DNA of 32,000 nucleotides from Dickeya solani IPO 2222 (GTDB lineage Bacteria; Pseudomonadota; Gammaproteobacteria; Enterobacterales; Enterobacteriaceae): NCBI RefSeq assembly GCF_001644705.1, contig NZ_CP015137.1, positions 1,680,001 to 1,712,000 of the forward strand, read 5' to 3'. Shown piece by piece: positions 15,307 to 23,854 of this stretch (position 1 is its first letter; each line of letters starts with the position of its first letter). The notes under the pieces were generated by a model. It saw only the letters and a program-made list of their open reading frames with translations, ran no database searches and was not told where the DNA came from. The position numbers and the translations under genes were made by a program.

Positions 15307-16677
15307 TCATACCTCCCCGACCGACGGAAAAGCGCCAGGCTGACCCAGCGCCCACAACAGGTTATCCACCAGCGCCCGATGGCAATGCGGCAGCACCACC
15401 AGATGGCAGAAGAGCGCAGGCTTTCCCTGCACCATCAACTGTTCGCTGGATAACGAGAAACGCTCGATGATGGACGGACTGGGTGCGCTGAACTGCACCA
15501 TCAGCGAACCACTGAGTAGCGGTTGCAGAAATAACCGTTCCCGGCCGGGGTCAAGCCGTTCAAACAGGTATCGAAGTTGCTGGTAAGCGTAGCGCTGTAT
15601 CTCGTGACAGCGGCGGATCATCTCCCGCTGACCCGGTTCGCCGAGGCGACACAGCTGATTCCACAACACCACCGCAGACAAGCCGGGGCGCGACCCGGAC
15701 AAGGTTGCGTCTCCGCTGCCGATATAGTTCGGACGGCTGAGCGCCACCGCGCGATAGGGCTCCAATAGCATCACTACACCGCACGGCCACGGCATGCTCA
15801 GCCATTTGTACGGACTGGCGCAGATGGAGTGCAGCGACGCCGCCTGCGCATCAATCGCCAGCCGACGCCCTTCCGGTTCCGGCCAGAACGGCAGGTAACT
15901 GGACGACAGCGCACCATCCACATGTACCCAGTAACTGCGCTGCTGCGGCGTATTAGGCGGCAACCGCTGCTGTAGTTGCGTCGTAATCTGCAGCCAGTCG
16001 TCACAGGAACCGCTGAAGGTGGTGCCGCTGGTCAGGCAGACAATCACCGGCCGCCGGTAGCGATGAAAAAACATCACCAGTTGCAGCAGGCTCGCCACAT
16101 CGATTCGTCCGTCGTCGTCGCACGGCACCGCCCGCGGCCACACGCCGGCGTTGATGGGGCAACGCCCCAGCTGCGGCCCCGCTTCGGCGGGCGTCGCCAG
16201 TTGCAACACCCGGCAGGCTTTGGCCAGCGAATAGTGGCTGCGCTCGGAATACAGCACCACCGGCGCGTAACGCGCCTGCGTCATGGCCGGCCAGTGCGTG
16301 GTGCTCGCCCCGCACAGAAAATCGCGCGCATTCCACAACGCGAACAGATTGCCTTCCGTCGAGCCCATCGCGGTCAGGTATCCCCAGTACGGCGACGGCA
16401 GGTTCCACAGCTGGGCGTAATAATCCAGCACCGCCCGTTCAAAACGCTTGCTGTTAACCTGGTAAGCGCCGGGCTCCATGCTGTCGCCCAGATTCAGCAG
16501 ATTCATGTCCAGCAACGGGCGCAATCCGGCATCGAACTCACCCTGTTGGTTGGTCTGAAAACCGGCGAAATGCCGCCGCTGCTCTTCCATACGCGCGGTG
16601 TAGGTCCGCAAAATTCGCCTTCGCACCACATCGTGTACGCCTTCGGCCAAAATCGTTAATTCATCAATTGGTTGCAT
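15307..16677 (-). CDS. Group II pyridoxal-phosphate-dependent amino-acid decarboxylase (GadB/HDC-like)
   Basis: 456 aa. [11 protein letters not shown] and [21 protein letters not shown] align with GadB [21 protein letters not shown] (PLP-lysine motif, with His replaced by Tyr). Its stop lies 1 nt before the ELIC ATG, and a GGAGG RBS sits inside its 3' end. Confidence 0.85.
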   Translation of the reverse strand: MQPIDELTILAEGVHDVVRRRILRTYTARMEEQRRHFAGFQTNQQGEFDAGLRPLLDMNLLNLGDSMEPGAYQVNSKRFERAVLDYYAQLWNLPSPYWGYLTAMGSTEGNLFALWNARDFLCGASTTHWPAMTQARYAPVVLYSERSHYSLAKACRVLQLATPAEAGPQLGRCPINAGVWPRAVPCDDDGRIDVASLLQLVMFFHRYRRPVIVCLTSGTTFSGSCDDWLQITTQLQQRLPPNTPQQRSYWVHVDGALSSSYLPFWPEPEGRRLAIDAQAASLHSICASPYKWLSMPWPCGVVMLLEPYRAVALSRPNYIGSGDATLSGSRPGLSAVVLWNQLCRLGEPGQREMIRRCHEIQRYAYQQLRYLFERLDPGRERLFLQPLLSGSLMVQFSAPSPSIIERFSLSSEQLMVQGKPALFCHLVVLPHCHRALVDNLLWALGQPGAFPSVGEV

Positions 16678-16826
16678 ATCCTCTCCGTCTGCTCATTTCA
16701 GCGATAAAAGCAGGGTAAGGAATCGCCCGGTTGGCGAGCGCGGCTGTTCAGCGTGGAAATACGGCGAAATGCGGGAGAGAGGGCGCTGACGTCGGCAACG
16801 AGGTCAGTTGGCGGGCCATCCGGCGT

Positions 16827-16848
16827 ACAAGTGACCGGTTTCACAGTT
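16827..16848. promoter_or_regulatory. Candidate CRP site in the divergent decarboxylase/pel intergenic region
   Basis: aaGTGAccggttTCACAgt carries the GTGA-N6-TCACA core. It lies about 160 bp upstream of the decarboxylase ATG and about 290 bp upstream of the first pel ATG. Confidence 0.45.
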
Positions 16849-16913
16849 CATTCCAAACCAAAACCATGAAGAATGACTAAACAGTCATTCCTACTTCCGT
16901 TATGGGAACACGT

Positions 16914-16935
16914 TACCGTGAGCCTGCTCAAAACT
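16914..16935 (+). promoter_or_regulatory. Candidate CRP site of the first pel promoter
   Basis: cGTGAgcctgcTCAAA sits at the same position and with the same half-sites as the site upstream of the second pel gene, about 30 bp upstream of the KdgR box. Confidence 0.45.
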
Positions 16936-16960
16936 ATTAAAAGATCTCTTCGATCCAGAT

Positions 16961-16980
16961 AATGAAATGGCATTTCAATT
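16961..16980 (+). promoter_or_regulatory. KdgR operator of the first pel gene
   Basis: AATGAAATGGCATTTCAATT contains the perfect inverted repeat TGAAATG-G-CATTTCA and matches the KdgR box consensus AATGAAAC-N-GTTTCATT. Confidence 0.65.
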
Positions 16981-17135
16981 ATTGAATTGTTCGATTTTTA
17001 GACTGAAACTGAGTCTGGCTGCCGACATACTTTGATTTTACTTACCAATTCATGCCGGTTTCAGCCTCAATACGGGCGCAGGGAATAACGCATGCCCACA
17101 ACAAATTTATGGTTTAGAGAAAAGGAACACACGCT

Positions 17136-18263
17136 ATGAAGTCATTCATTACCCCGATTACCGCTGGACTGTTACTGGCACTCAGCCAACCGTTACTGGC
17201 CGCCACCGATACCGGCGGCTACGCCGTTACGGGAGGGGGCAACGTCACCGGTGCCGTCAGCAAAACGGCGACATCGATGCAGGATATCGTCGATATCATC
17301 GCCGCGGCGCGTCTGGATGCTAACGGTAAAAAGGTAAAAGGCGGCGCATATCCGTTGGTCATTACCTATACCGGTAACGAAGATTCGCTGATCAACGCCG
17401 CGGCAGCCAATATCTGCGGCCAGTGGAGCAAAGACGCCCGCGGTGTGGAAATCAAGGAATTCACCAAAGGCATCACCATCATCGGCGCCAATGGTTCTTC
17501 CGCCAACTTCGGTATCTGGATTAAAAAATCCTCCGACGTAGTGGTGCAAAACATGCGCATCGGCTACCTGCCGGGCGGAGCCAAAGATGGCGATATGGTC
17601 CGCGTCGACGATTCGCCGAACGTCTGGGTTGACCACAACGAACTGTTCGCCGCCAACCACGAATGCGACGGCACGCCGGACGGCGATACGACCTTTGAAT
17701 CCGCCGTGGATATCAAGGGGGCTTCAGATTATGTCACCGTATCCTACAACTACATCCACGGCGTGAAGAAAGTCGGTCTGGATGGTTCCAGCAGCAGCGA
17801 CACCGGCCGCAACATCACTTATCACCATAACCGCTACAACGACGTTAACGCCCGTCTGCCGTTACAGCGTGGCGGTCTGGTGCACGCCTATAACAACCTG
17901 TACAGCAACGTGACCAGCTCCGGCCTGAACGTGCGCCAGAACGGCCAGGCGCTGATCGAAAGCAACTGGTTCGAAAACGCGGTGAACCCGGTGACGTCCC
18001 GTTATGACGGCAAGAACTTCGGCACCTGGGTGCTGAAAAACAACAACATCACCAAACCGGCCGACTTCTCTACCTACAGCATCACCTGGACGGCGGACAC
18101 CAAAGCTTACGTCAACGCGGACAGCTGGACCTCCACCGGGACTTTCCCGACGGTGGCCTACAGCTACAGCCCGGTGAGCGCACAGTGCGTGAAGGACAAT
18201 CTGGCTAACTACGCCGGGGTGAGCAAAAGCCTGGCGACGCTGACCAGCGCAGCCTGTAAATAA
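17136..18263 (+). CDS. pelB: Secreted pectate lyase, PL1 family (first gene of the PelB/PelC pair)
   Basis: 375 aa with a signal peptide ending LLA-ATDTGGY. It has the PL1 parallel beta-helix motifs (vWiDHNelf, NARLPLQRGG) and a C-terminal ...TSAACK. The name follows the pelB-pelC-pelZ order reported for D. dadantii 3937. However, the sequence also closely resembles the EC16 PelC sequence I remember, so the B/C label is uncertain. Confidence 0.9.
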   Translation: MKSFITPITAGLLLALSQPLLAATDTGGYAVTGGGNVTGAVSKTATSMQDIVDIIAAARLDANGKKVKGGAYPLVITYTGNEDSLINAAAANICGQWSKDARGVEIKEFTKGITIIGANGSSANFGIWIKKSSDVVVQNMRIGYLPGGAKDGDMVRVDDSPNVWVDHNELFAANHECDGTPDGDTTFESAVDIKGASDYVTVSYNYIHGVKKVGLDGSSSSDTGRNITYHHNRYNDVNARLPLQRGGLVHAYNNLYSNVTSSGLNVRQNGQALIESNWFENAVNPVTSRYDGKNFGTWVLKNNNITKPADFSTYSITWTADTKAYVNADSWTSTGTFPTVAYSYSPVSAQCVKDNLANYAGVSKSLATLTSAACK

Positions 18264-18315
18264 TCCGGCAGCGAAGGCCGGGCATGAAAAGCAGCCCGGC
18301 TGACGCCCTATCACC

Positions 18316-18342
18316 GAGCGGGCCACACGCCCGCTCTTTTTT
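18316..18342 (+). terminator. Rho-independent terminator after the first pel gene
   Basis: GAGCGGGC - CACAC - GCCCGCTC followed by TTTTTT. Confidence 0.85.
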
Positions 18343-18524
18343 GCGGCACGTATTACGCGTGGTCACTATAAGTCGGATGCAGAATAAGTCCGATGCGGAA
18401 TAAGCCCGATAAGGAACGTTACGGACAAGGCGAGTGGCCTTATACCGATTTTCAAGCCAATTTGATAATTAATCATCTTTTAATTATCAAGCGTTATGAC
18501 TAAGTGGTCAGAACTCCGTCCACG

Positions 18525-18546
18525 AAAAGTGACGCCTGTCAAAATT
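18525..18546 (+). promoter_or_regulatory. Candidate CRP site of the second pel promoter
   Basis: aGTGAcgcctgTCAAA lies about 30 bp upstream of the KdgR box. Confidence 0.45.
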
Positions 18547-18570
18547 TGTAAAAACATAATCACCACTAAT

Positions 18571-18590
18571 AATGAAATTACGTTTCAACT
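18571..18590 (+). promoter_or_regulatory. KdgR operator of the second pel gene
   Basis: AATGAAATTACGTTTCAACT has a TGAAA-N7-TTTCA core and is paralogous to the box at 16961. Confidence 0.6.
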
Positions 18591-18805
18591 ATTGAAACGT
18601 CTCCTTTTTGAGCTAAAACTGAGCGCGGGTTGATTCGTGCGATTCGGTTTTACTTATCTATCTCCTAACGCATTCGAGTGGCAGGAAAGCGGTTAACGCA
18701 CCTGCGACATGGAACGATGGGATCCCCTGCCGCACCAACCCACAACCAAGGGCATGTGGAACGATAAATGCCATATCACATTTTTCAAAAACAGGAATAC
18801 TACTC

Positions 18806-19930
18806 ATGAAATCATTGATTGCACCGATTGCCGCCGGTCTGCTGCTGGCCTTTAGTCAATCCAGCCTGGCTGCGACTGGCGGTTACGCCACGACTTCCGG
18901 TGGTAACGTGACAGGAGCTGTCAGCAAAACCGCCGCATCCATGCAGGACATCATCGATATCATCGATGCCGCCAAAGTCGATGCCAAAGGCAAAAAGGTG
19001 AAAGGCGGCGCGTACCCGCTGGTCATCACCTATACCGGTAACGAAGACAGCCTGATCAACGCCGCTGCCGCCAACATCTGTGGCCAGTGGAGCAAAGACG
19101 CCCGCGGTGTGGAAATCAAGGACTTCACCAAAGGCATCACCATTATCGGCGCCAACGGCTCTTCCGCTAACTTCGGTCTCTGGATCGTGAACTCCTCCGA
19201 CGTGGTAGTACGCAACATGCGTATCGGCTACCTGCCGGGCGGCGCGCAGGATGGCGATATGTTCCGTATCGACAACTCGCCGAACATCTGGCTGGACCAC
19301 AACGAACTGTTTGCCGCCAACCACGAGTGTGATGGCACCAAAGACGGCGACACCACGTTCGAATCCGCCTTTGACATCAAGAAAGGCGCGACTTACGTCA
19401 CCATTTCCTACAACTACATCCACGGCGTGAAGAAAGTCGGTCTGGCTGGGTTCAGCGCCTCTGACAGCGCCGAACGCAACATCACTTACCACCACAACAT
19501 CTACAACGACGTCAACGCCCGTCTGCCGTTGCAGCGCGGTGGTAACGTACACGCCTACAACAACCTGTACACCAACATCACCAGCTCTGGTCTGAACGTG
19601 CGCCAGAACGGTCAGGCGCTGATCGAAAGCAACTGGTTCGAAAACGCGCTGAACCCGGTGACGTCCCGTTACGACGGCAGCAATTTCGGTACCTGGGTGC
19701 TGAAAAACAACAACATCACCAAACCGGCTGATTTCGCCACCTACAACATCACCTGGACGGCGGATACCAAAGCTTATAAAAACGCAGACAGCTGGACCTC
19801 CACCGGCACCTACCCGACTGTGACCTACAGCTACAGCCCGGTCAGCGCGCAGTGCGTGAAGGACAAACTGGCTAGCTACGCCGGCGTGGGTAAAAACCTG
19901 GCCGAGCTGACCAGCTCTGCCTGTAAATAA
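18806..19930 (+). CDS. pelC: Secreted pectate lyase, PL1 family (second gene of the PelB/PelC pair)
   Basis: 374-aa paralog of the preceding gene, collinear over the full length with most residues identical by eye. It has a signal peptide. The name comes from its position immediately upstream of pelZ, and the B/C assignment is uncertain. Confidence 0.9.
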   Translation: MKSLIAPIAAGLLLAFSQSSLAATGGYATTSGGNVTGAVSKTAASMQDIIDIIDAAKVDAKGKKVKGGAYPLVITYTGNEDSLINAAAANICGQWSKDARGVEIKDFTKGITIIGANGSSANFGLWIVNSSDVVVRNMRIGYLPGGAQDGDMFRIDNSPNIWLDHNELFAANHECDGTKDGDTTFESAFDIKKGATYVTISYNYIHGVKKVGLAGFSASDSAERNITYHHNIYNDVNARLPLQRGGNVHAYNNLYTNITSSGLNVRQNGQALIESNWFENALNPVTSRYDGSNFGTWVLKNNNITKPADFATYNITWTADTKAYKNADSWTSTGTYPTVTYSYSPVSAQCVKDKLASYAGVGKNLAELTSSACK

Positions 19931-20024
19931 TCGGTTCACATCAGCCACGCTGATGCCAGAACCCCTCATCCGCCCGGCAAGCCTGGGCGGATTGCGGAAC
20001 CACTATATTGCGGACCCACTATAG

Positions 20025-20059
20025 AGCGGGGGAGCGACATTCGCTCGCCCGCTTTTTTA
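20025..20059 (+). terminator. Rho-independent terminator after the second pel gene
   Basis: AGCGGGGGAGCGA - CAT - TCGCTCGCCCGCT (13-bp stem, one mismatch) followed by TTTTTAT. Confidence 0.8.
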
Positions 20060-20115
20060 TCTAGCCGTGTCCCGCCGTCAGACAGGGCACGATCCGGCAT
20101 AGGGAGCAAGCCATT

Positions 20116-21378
20116 ATGAAACATACCCTTCTGTTTGCTTTACTGTTCAGCACCAGCGTCCTGACCGCTCAGGCCGCCAGCACCGCCGCCCCCGACCTGA
20201 AAGGATTCGGAACCGAGACGGTGGCCGGCAGCGGCGGCAAAATCATCCGCGTGACTACGTTGGCCTCCGGCGGCGCCGGTTCGCTGCGCGAAGCGCTGGC
20301 CACCAAAGGCCCGCGTATTATCGTGTTTGAAGTAGGCGGTATCATCGACCTGGACGAAAAAGACATCCGACTCGCCGAGCCCTACGTCACTATCGCCGGC
20401 CAGACCGCGCCGTCACCGGGCATCACCCTGACCAAGGGCGGTATGATGATCACCACCCATGACGTACTGGTGCAACATATCCGCTTCCGCATCGGCGATA
20501 ACGGTCACGCCAAGAAGAGCGGCTTTGAAAAAGATGTGTCGCTCTACGGACCAAACGCCTACAACGTGGTGGTGGACCACTGTAGCTTTGCCTGGGGCAC
20601 CGACGAAAACCTGTCGGTTTCCGGGCCGCGTTACGACGGCCAGTCCGGCACGGCTCATAACGTCACCTTCTCCAATAACATCATTGCCGAAGGCCTGTAC
20701 GATTCCAGCCACTCCAAAGGCATTCACTCGATGGGCACGCTGGTCCACGATAACGTGACCAACGCGGCGATCATCGGCAACCTGTACGCCCACAACAACG
20801 AACGCAACCCCTGGTTCAAGGGCGCGACTACCGGCGTGGTGGTCAACAATCTGATCTATAACCCAGGCATCTGGGGTATTCGTGTCGGTGCGATACAGAG
20901 CGAGTGGGAAGGCCGCTCCCTGCCGGTTAACGCCAAAGTGGCGATCGCCGGTAACGTGATGTATCACGGCGCCAACACCAAGTCTGGCCTGTCGCTGGTC
21001 GGCAGCAACACCACCGGCGGCGATGTCTGGATGAGCGATAATCTGGCCTTCGACCAATCGGGCAAGGCCGTGGCGCAAACCTCCGGCACCGGCATCAACC
21101 TGCTGAAATCAGCGCCGGTATGGCCCACCGGGCTGACCGCCATCGGTTCCTCGTCGGTGGCTAATCAGGTCACGCAGCATGCCGGCGCCCGCCCGAAAGA
21201 TCGCGACGCGGTGGATAAACGCATCGTCAGCGACTTCCAGAAACGCAGCGGCACCTTCGTCAACAGCCAGAGTGAGGTTGGCGGCTACCCGACCGCTACC
21301 GCAACCAATCGCGCTCTGACAGTCCCAAGTACTAACGTGGACGCCTGGCTGCAGCAAATGGCCAAAGATCTGGAATAA
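20116..21378 (+). CDS. pelZ: Pectate lyase PelZ (PL9-type)
   Basis: 420 aa with a signal peptide (…LTAQA-AS). It shows a right-handed beta-helix repeat pattern and has the size and position of pelZ, downstream of pelB-pelC in Dickeya. Confidence 0.8.
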   Translation: MKHTLLFALLFSTSVLTAQAASTAAPDLKGFGTETVAGSGGKIIRVTTLASGGAGSLREALATKGPRIIVFEVGGIIDLDEKDIRLAEPYVTIAGQTAPSPGITLTKGGMMITTHDVLVQHIRFRIGDNGHAKKSGFEKDVSLYGPNAYNVVVDHCSFAWGTDENLSVSGPRYDGQSGTAHNVTFSNNIIAEGLYDSSHSKGIHSMGTLVHDNVTNAAIIGNLYAHNNERNPWFKGATTGVVVNNLIYNPGIWGIRVGAIQSEWEGRSLPVNAKVAIAGNVMYHGANTKSGLSLVGSNTTGGDVWMSDNLAFDQSGKAVAQTSGTGINLLKSAPVWPTGLTAIGSSSVANQVTQHAGARPKDRDAVDKRIVSDFQKRSGTFVNSQSEVGGYPTATATNRALTVPSTNVDAWLQQMAKDLE

Positions 21379-21512
21379 CGGTTCATTGAAATAACGCTTT
21401 ACCGGCGAATGCCAGTCACGCTCAGTGGCTGGCATGTAGCATGTTATTGGCCGGTACAGACGCAATAACCGGGCAAGGGAAGGCGTGAGCGGACGCGTAG
21501 CGCCGATTGAAA

Positions 21513-21545
21513 TAAAAAATCCCCTTCCCGTTCAACGGTAAGGGG
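21513..21545 (-). terminator. Rho-independent terminator of ppiA
   Basis: Minus strand reads CCCCTTACCG - TTGAA - CGGGAAGGGG (one mismatch) followed by ATTTTTTATTT. Confidence 0.75.
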
Positions 21546-21588
21546 ACAGAGTTAACCTCTCATCAGGACATGTCAGGTCGGTAAACGA

Positions 21589-22161
21589 TTATTTTTTAAT
21601 GACTTTCGCCGACTGAATCACAATCGGTTTGGAAGGCACGTTTTGGTACGGCCCCACATTTTCTGTCTGGACCTGAGAAATCTTGTCAGCCACTTCCATG
21701 CCTTTCACCACTTTACCGAATACGGCGTAGCCAAAATCACGCTGGCCATGATCAAGAAAAGCGTTGTCCGCAACGTTGATGAAGAACTGGCTGGTGGCGC
21801 TGTCTTTTTCGCTGGTGCGCGCCATAGAAATGGTGCCGCGCAGGTTACGCAGGCCATTGTCCGCTTCATTCTTGACCGGCGGATTGGTGGCTTTCTGTTT
21901 CATATCACTACTGAAACCACCACCCTGAAGCATGAATCCCGGAATGACCCGGTGGAAAATGGTGCCGTTATAAAAACCATTGTTGACATAATCAACAAAG
22001 TTTTTCACGGAAACCGGCGCTTTTTGGTCATCCAGAGCCAGTTCAATGTTGCCCGCAGAGGTGGTCAGCAACACATGGGTGGACGTGGTGGCGGCAAAAG
22101 CCGGTGAAAAAGCGGTCAGCGAGAGTACCGTTACTACCGCTGCCAATATACGTTTTGACAT
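21589..22161 (-). CDS. ppiA: Periplasmic peptidyl-prolyl cis-trans isomerase A (cyclophilin)
   Basis: 190 aa from the Met at 22161 ([23 protein letters not shown]...). [32 protein letters not shown]...[15 protein letters not shown] is near-identical to E. coli PpiA. Confidence 0.93.
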   Translation of the reverse strand: MSKRILAAVVTVLSLTAFSPAFAATTSTHVLLTTSAGNIELALDDQKAPVSVKNFVDYVNNGFYNGTIFHRVIPGFMLQGGGFSSDMKQKATNPPVKNEADNGLRNLRGTISMARTSEKDSATSQFFINVADNAFLDHGQRDFGYAVFGKVVKGMEVADKISQVQTENVGPYQNVPSKPIVIQSAKVIKK

Positions 22162-22374
22162 GAAGAATTCCTTTTGAGGATCAACGACAGAAAGCGTACC
22201 GATTTTAAATAGCCACACCTTTCTGCGCTACCCATTTACCTTTTTTTACGCGATTCCGACCACCCATTGGCGATAAAAAGAGCACTATTTGCGCTCTTAA
22301 CCCCCAGATAACGCGTGATGGCGACAATCACGCTTCCCCGGCGCCGGGCTCCGGTTACCGGGGAAGGTAAAAAC

Positions 22375-22403
22375 TATCAAAAGGAAGACGTCCGAAACGT
22401 CTT
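22375..22403 (-). terminator. Terminator of the enolase-superfamily gene
   Basis: Minus strand reads AAGACGT - TTCGG - ACGTCTT, starting directly after the stop and followed by CCTTTTG. Confidence 0.6.
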
Positions 22404-22404
22404 A

Positions 22405-23559
22405 TTAATGCTTGCTCAGTGTATGGGCATCAATCCAGTCAACGTTAATGTCTTCGCCCAAACCGGGACGCTGCGACAAATGGACATACCCTTCTTCGTC
22501 CATCGGGTCGACCAGCGTATTGAGATAGGCCGCCGGCTCGTCGTAGTTCAGGAACGGATGCAGCAGACCACGTTCGTACCAGCGGCAGTTTTTAATCGCC
22601 CCTACCACCGCCAGATTCGGCGCGCCGTTGCCGTGAATTTCGCAATCCATGCCGAAGGCTTCCGCCAGATGCGCCACCTTGAGGCACGGCGAAATCCCGC
22701 CTACGCCCTGCACCCCGGCACGCAAAATATCGCAGGCGCCTTCCTTCACCCAGTCGGCACGGCTGAAGTACTTCCCGCCCAGACTTTCCGGCCCGATGAC
22801 GTCGATGTCCAGATTCTTGTTCAGCCAGCTGTAGGACGCCATGCTCTGCTCTTCCATCGGCTCTTCGAACCAGGTGAAGTCCAGTTTTTGCAGTTCACGG
22901 CCGATATACAGCGCCTCGCTGCGGCTGTACCAGTGGTAGCCGTCCAGCATCAGGCAGATATCCGGCCCCACCGCTTCGCGTACCGCCGCACAGGCTTTGA
23001 CGTCCATTTTCGGGCTCGGCGCGAACGACACCGGCGGCATCCAGGTGTGCAGTTTGATGGCTTTGTAACCGCGCTTTACCAGTTGCTCGGCGAACTGGCC
23101 GTACTCGTCCGGCGTGGACAGGCCGCCTTGCAGCTCGTCGCCGCACATGGTGCTGCCGTAGGCCGGCACTTTATCGCGGTAGCCGCCCAGCAGTTTATAC
23201 ACCGGCATATTCAGCGCGCGCCCGGCCAGATCCCACAGCGCCTGCTCGGCGATCGCCAGCGCCCGGTCGGTCAGTTGGTTGGCGCTGCCGCGCTGCCAGT
23301 GCACCAGATCCTGCCACAGCCGCTCACGATCAAACGGATCCTGCCCAATCAACACTTTGCGGAAAAAACTGTTCACCACATACGGGCGGATCACTTCCGG
23401 CGGCGCAAACGCATAGCCTTTGTGACCGCTGTCGGCGGTGATGGTCAGCAACGCCATGCTGGCCTGATGCTCATCGCCCGGATGGGAGTGCCCGGCGCTA
23501 TCGGAGACGCGACGAGTGGGATAAGTGAAGACGGTGACGTCGATCGATTCAATTTTCAC
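22405..23559 (-). CDS. Mandelate racemase / muconate lactonizing enzyme family protein (enolase superfamily; likely an acid-sugar dehydratase)
   Basis: The product has LWDLAGRALNMPVYKLLGG, KLH, MLDGYHWY and FEEP metal-ligand contexts. I prefer the GTG start at 23559 (VKIESIDVTVF...). The ATG at 23613 adds an Arg-rich extension that looks non-native. Confidence 0.75.
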   Translation of the reverse strand: MKIESIDVTVFTYPTRRVSDSAGHSHPGDEHQASMALLTITADSGHKGYAFAPPEVIRPYVVNSFFRKVLIGQDPFDRERLWQDLVHWQRGSANQLTDRALAIAEQALWDLAGRALNMPVYKLLGGYRDKVPAYGSTMCGDELQGGLSTPDEYGQFAEQLVKRGYKAIKLHTWMPPVSFAPSPKMDVKACAAVREAVGPDICLMLDGYHWYSRSEALYIGRELQKLDFTWFEEPMEEQSMASYSWLNKNLDIDVIGPESLGGKYFSRADWVKEGACDILRAGVQGVGGISPCLKVAHLAEAFGMDCEIHGNGAPNLAVVGAIKNCRWYERGLLHPFLNYDEPAAYLNTLVDPMDEEGYVHLSQRPGLGEDINVDWIDAHTLSKH

Positions 23560-23790
23560 GTTGATTACCTGCCTGAAGGTGAAGCGCCTGCCAGCACGGG
23601 TTCTTATAACCATAAGAAGAACGGAGAGAGAATAAAAACACAGTGCTGATTTAATAAAATTGCGTTTTATTTTTATCGATTATTGAGGAAGTCTGCTGTG
23701 AGGTCATTAGGCAATTTATAACATTTGTGAAAATTATCCGCCCGATGATTATGCAATTGCCCTATTTACAAGTGTCTGTCCATCAGGGCA

Positions 23791-23827
23791 TAAAAAAAGC
23801 GCCGCTCCTGATGGGGAAAACGGCGCT
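23791..23827 (-). terminator. Rho-independent terminator of the trpS operon
   Basis: Minus strand reads AGCGCCG ... CGGCGCT followed by TTTTTTTA. Confidence 0.65.
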
Positions 23828-23854
23828 ATCTGAACCGGTCTGGCGAAAAGCAGA

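Noticed and set aside
18812-19969. A 385-aa minus-strand ORF, and the similar 155-aa and 154-aa ORFs opposite the first pel gene.
   Set aside because: They are mirror ORFs of the pectate lyase genes, produced by the codon bias of the sense strand. They have no motifs.
22315-23649. A 444-aa plus-strand ORF.
   Set aside because: It is antisense to the enolase-superfamily gene, which has clear family motifs. The plus-strand product is Arg/His-rich and low in complexity.
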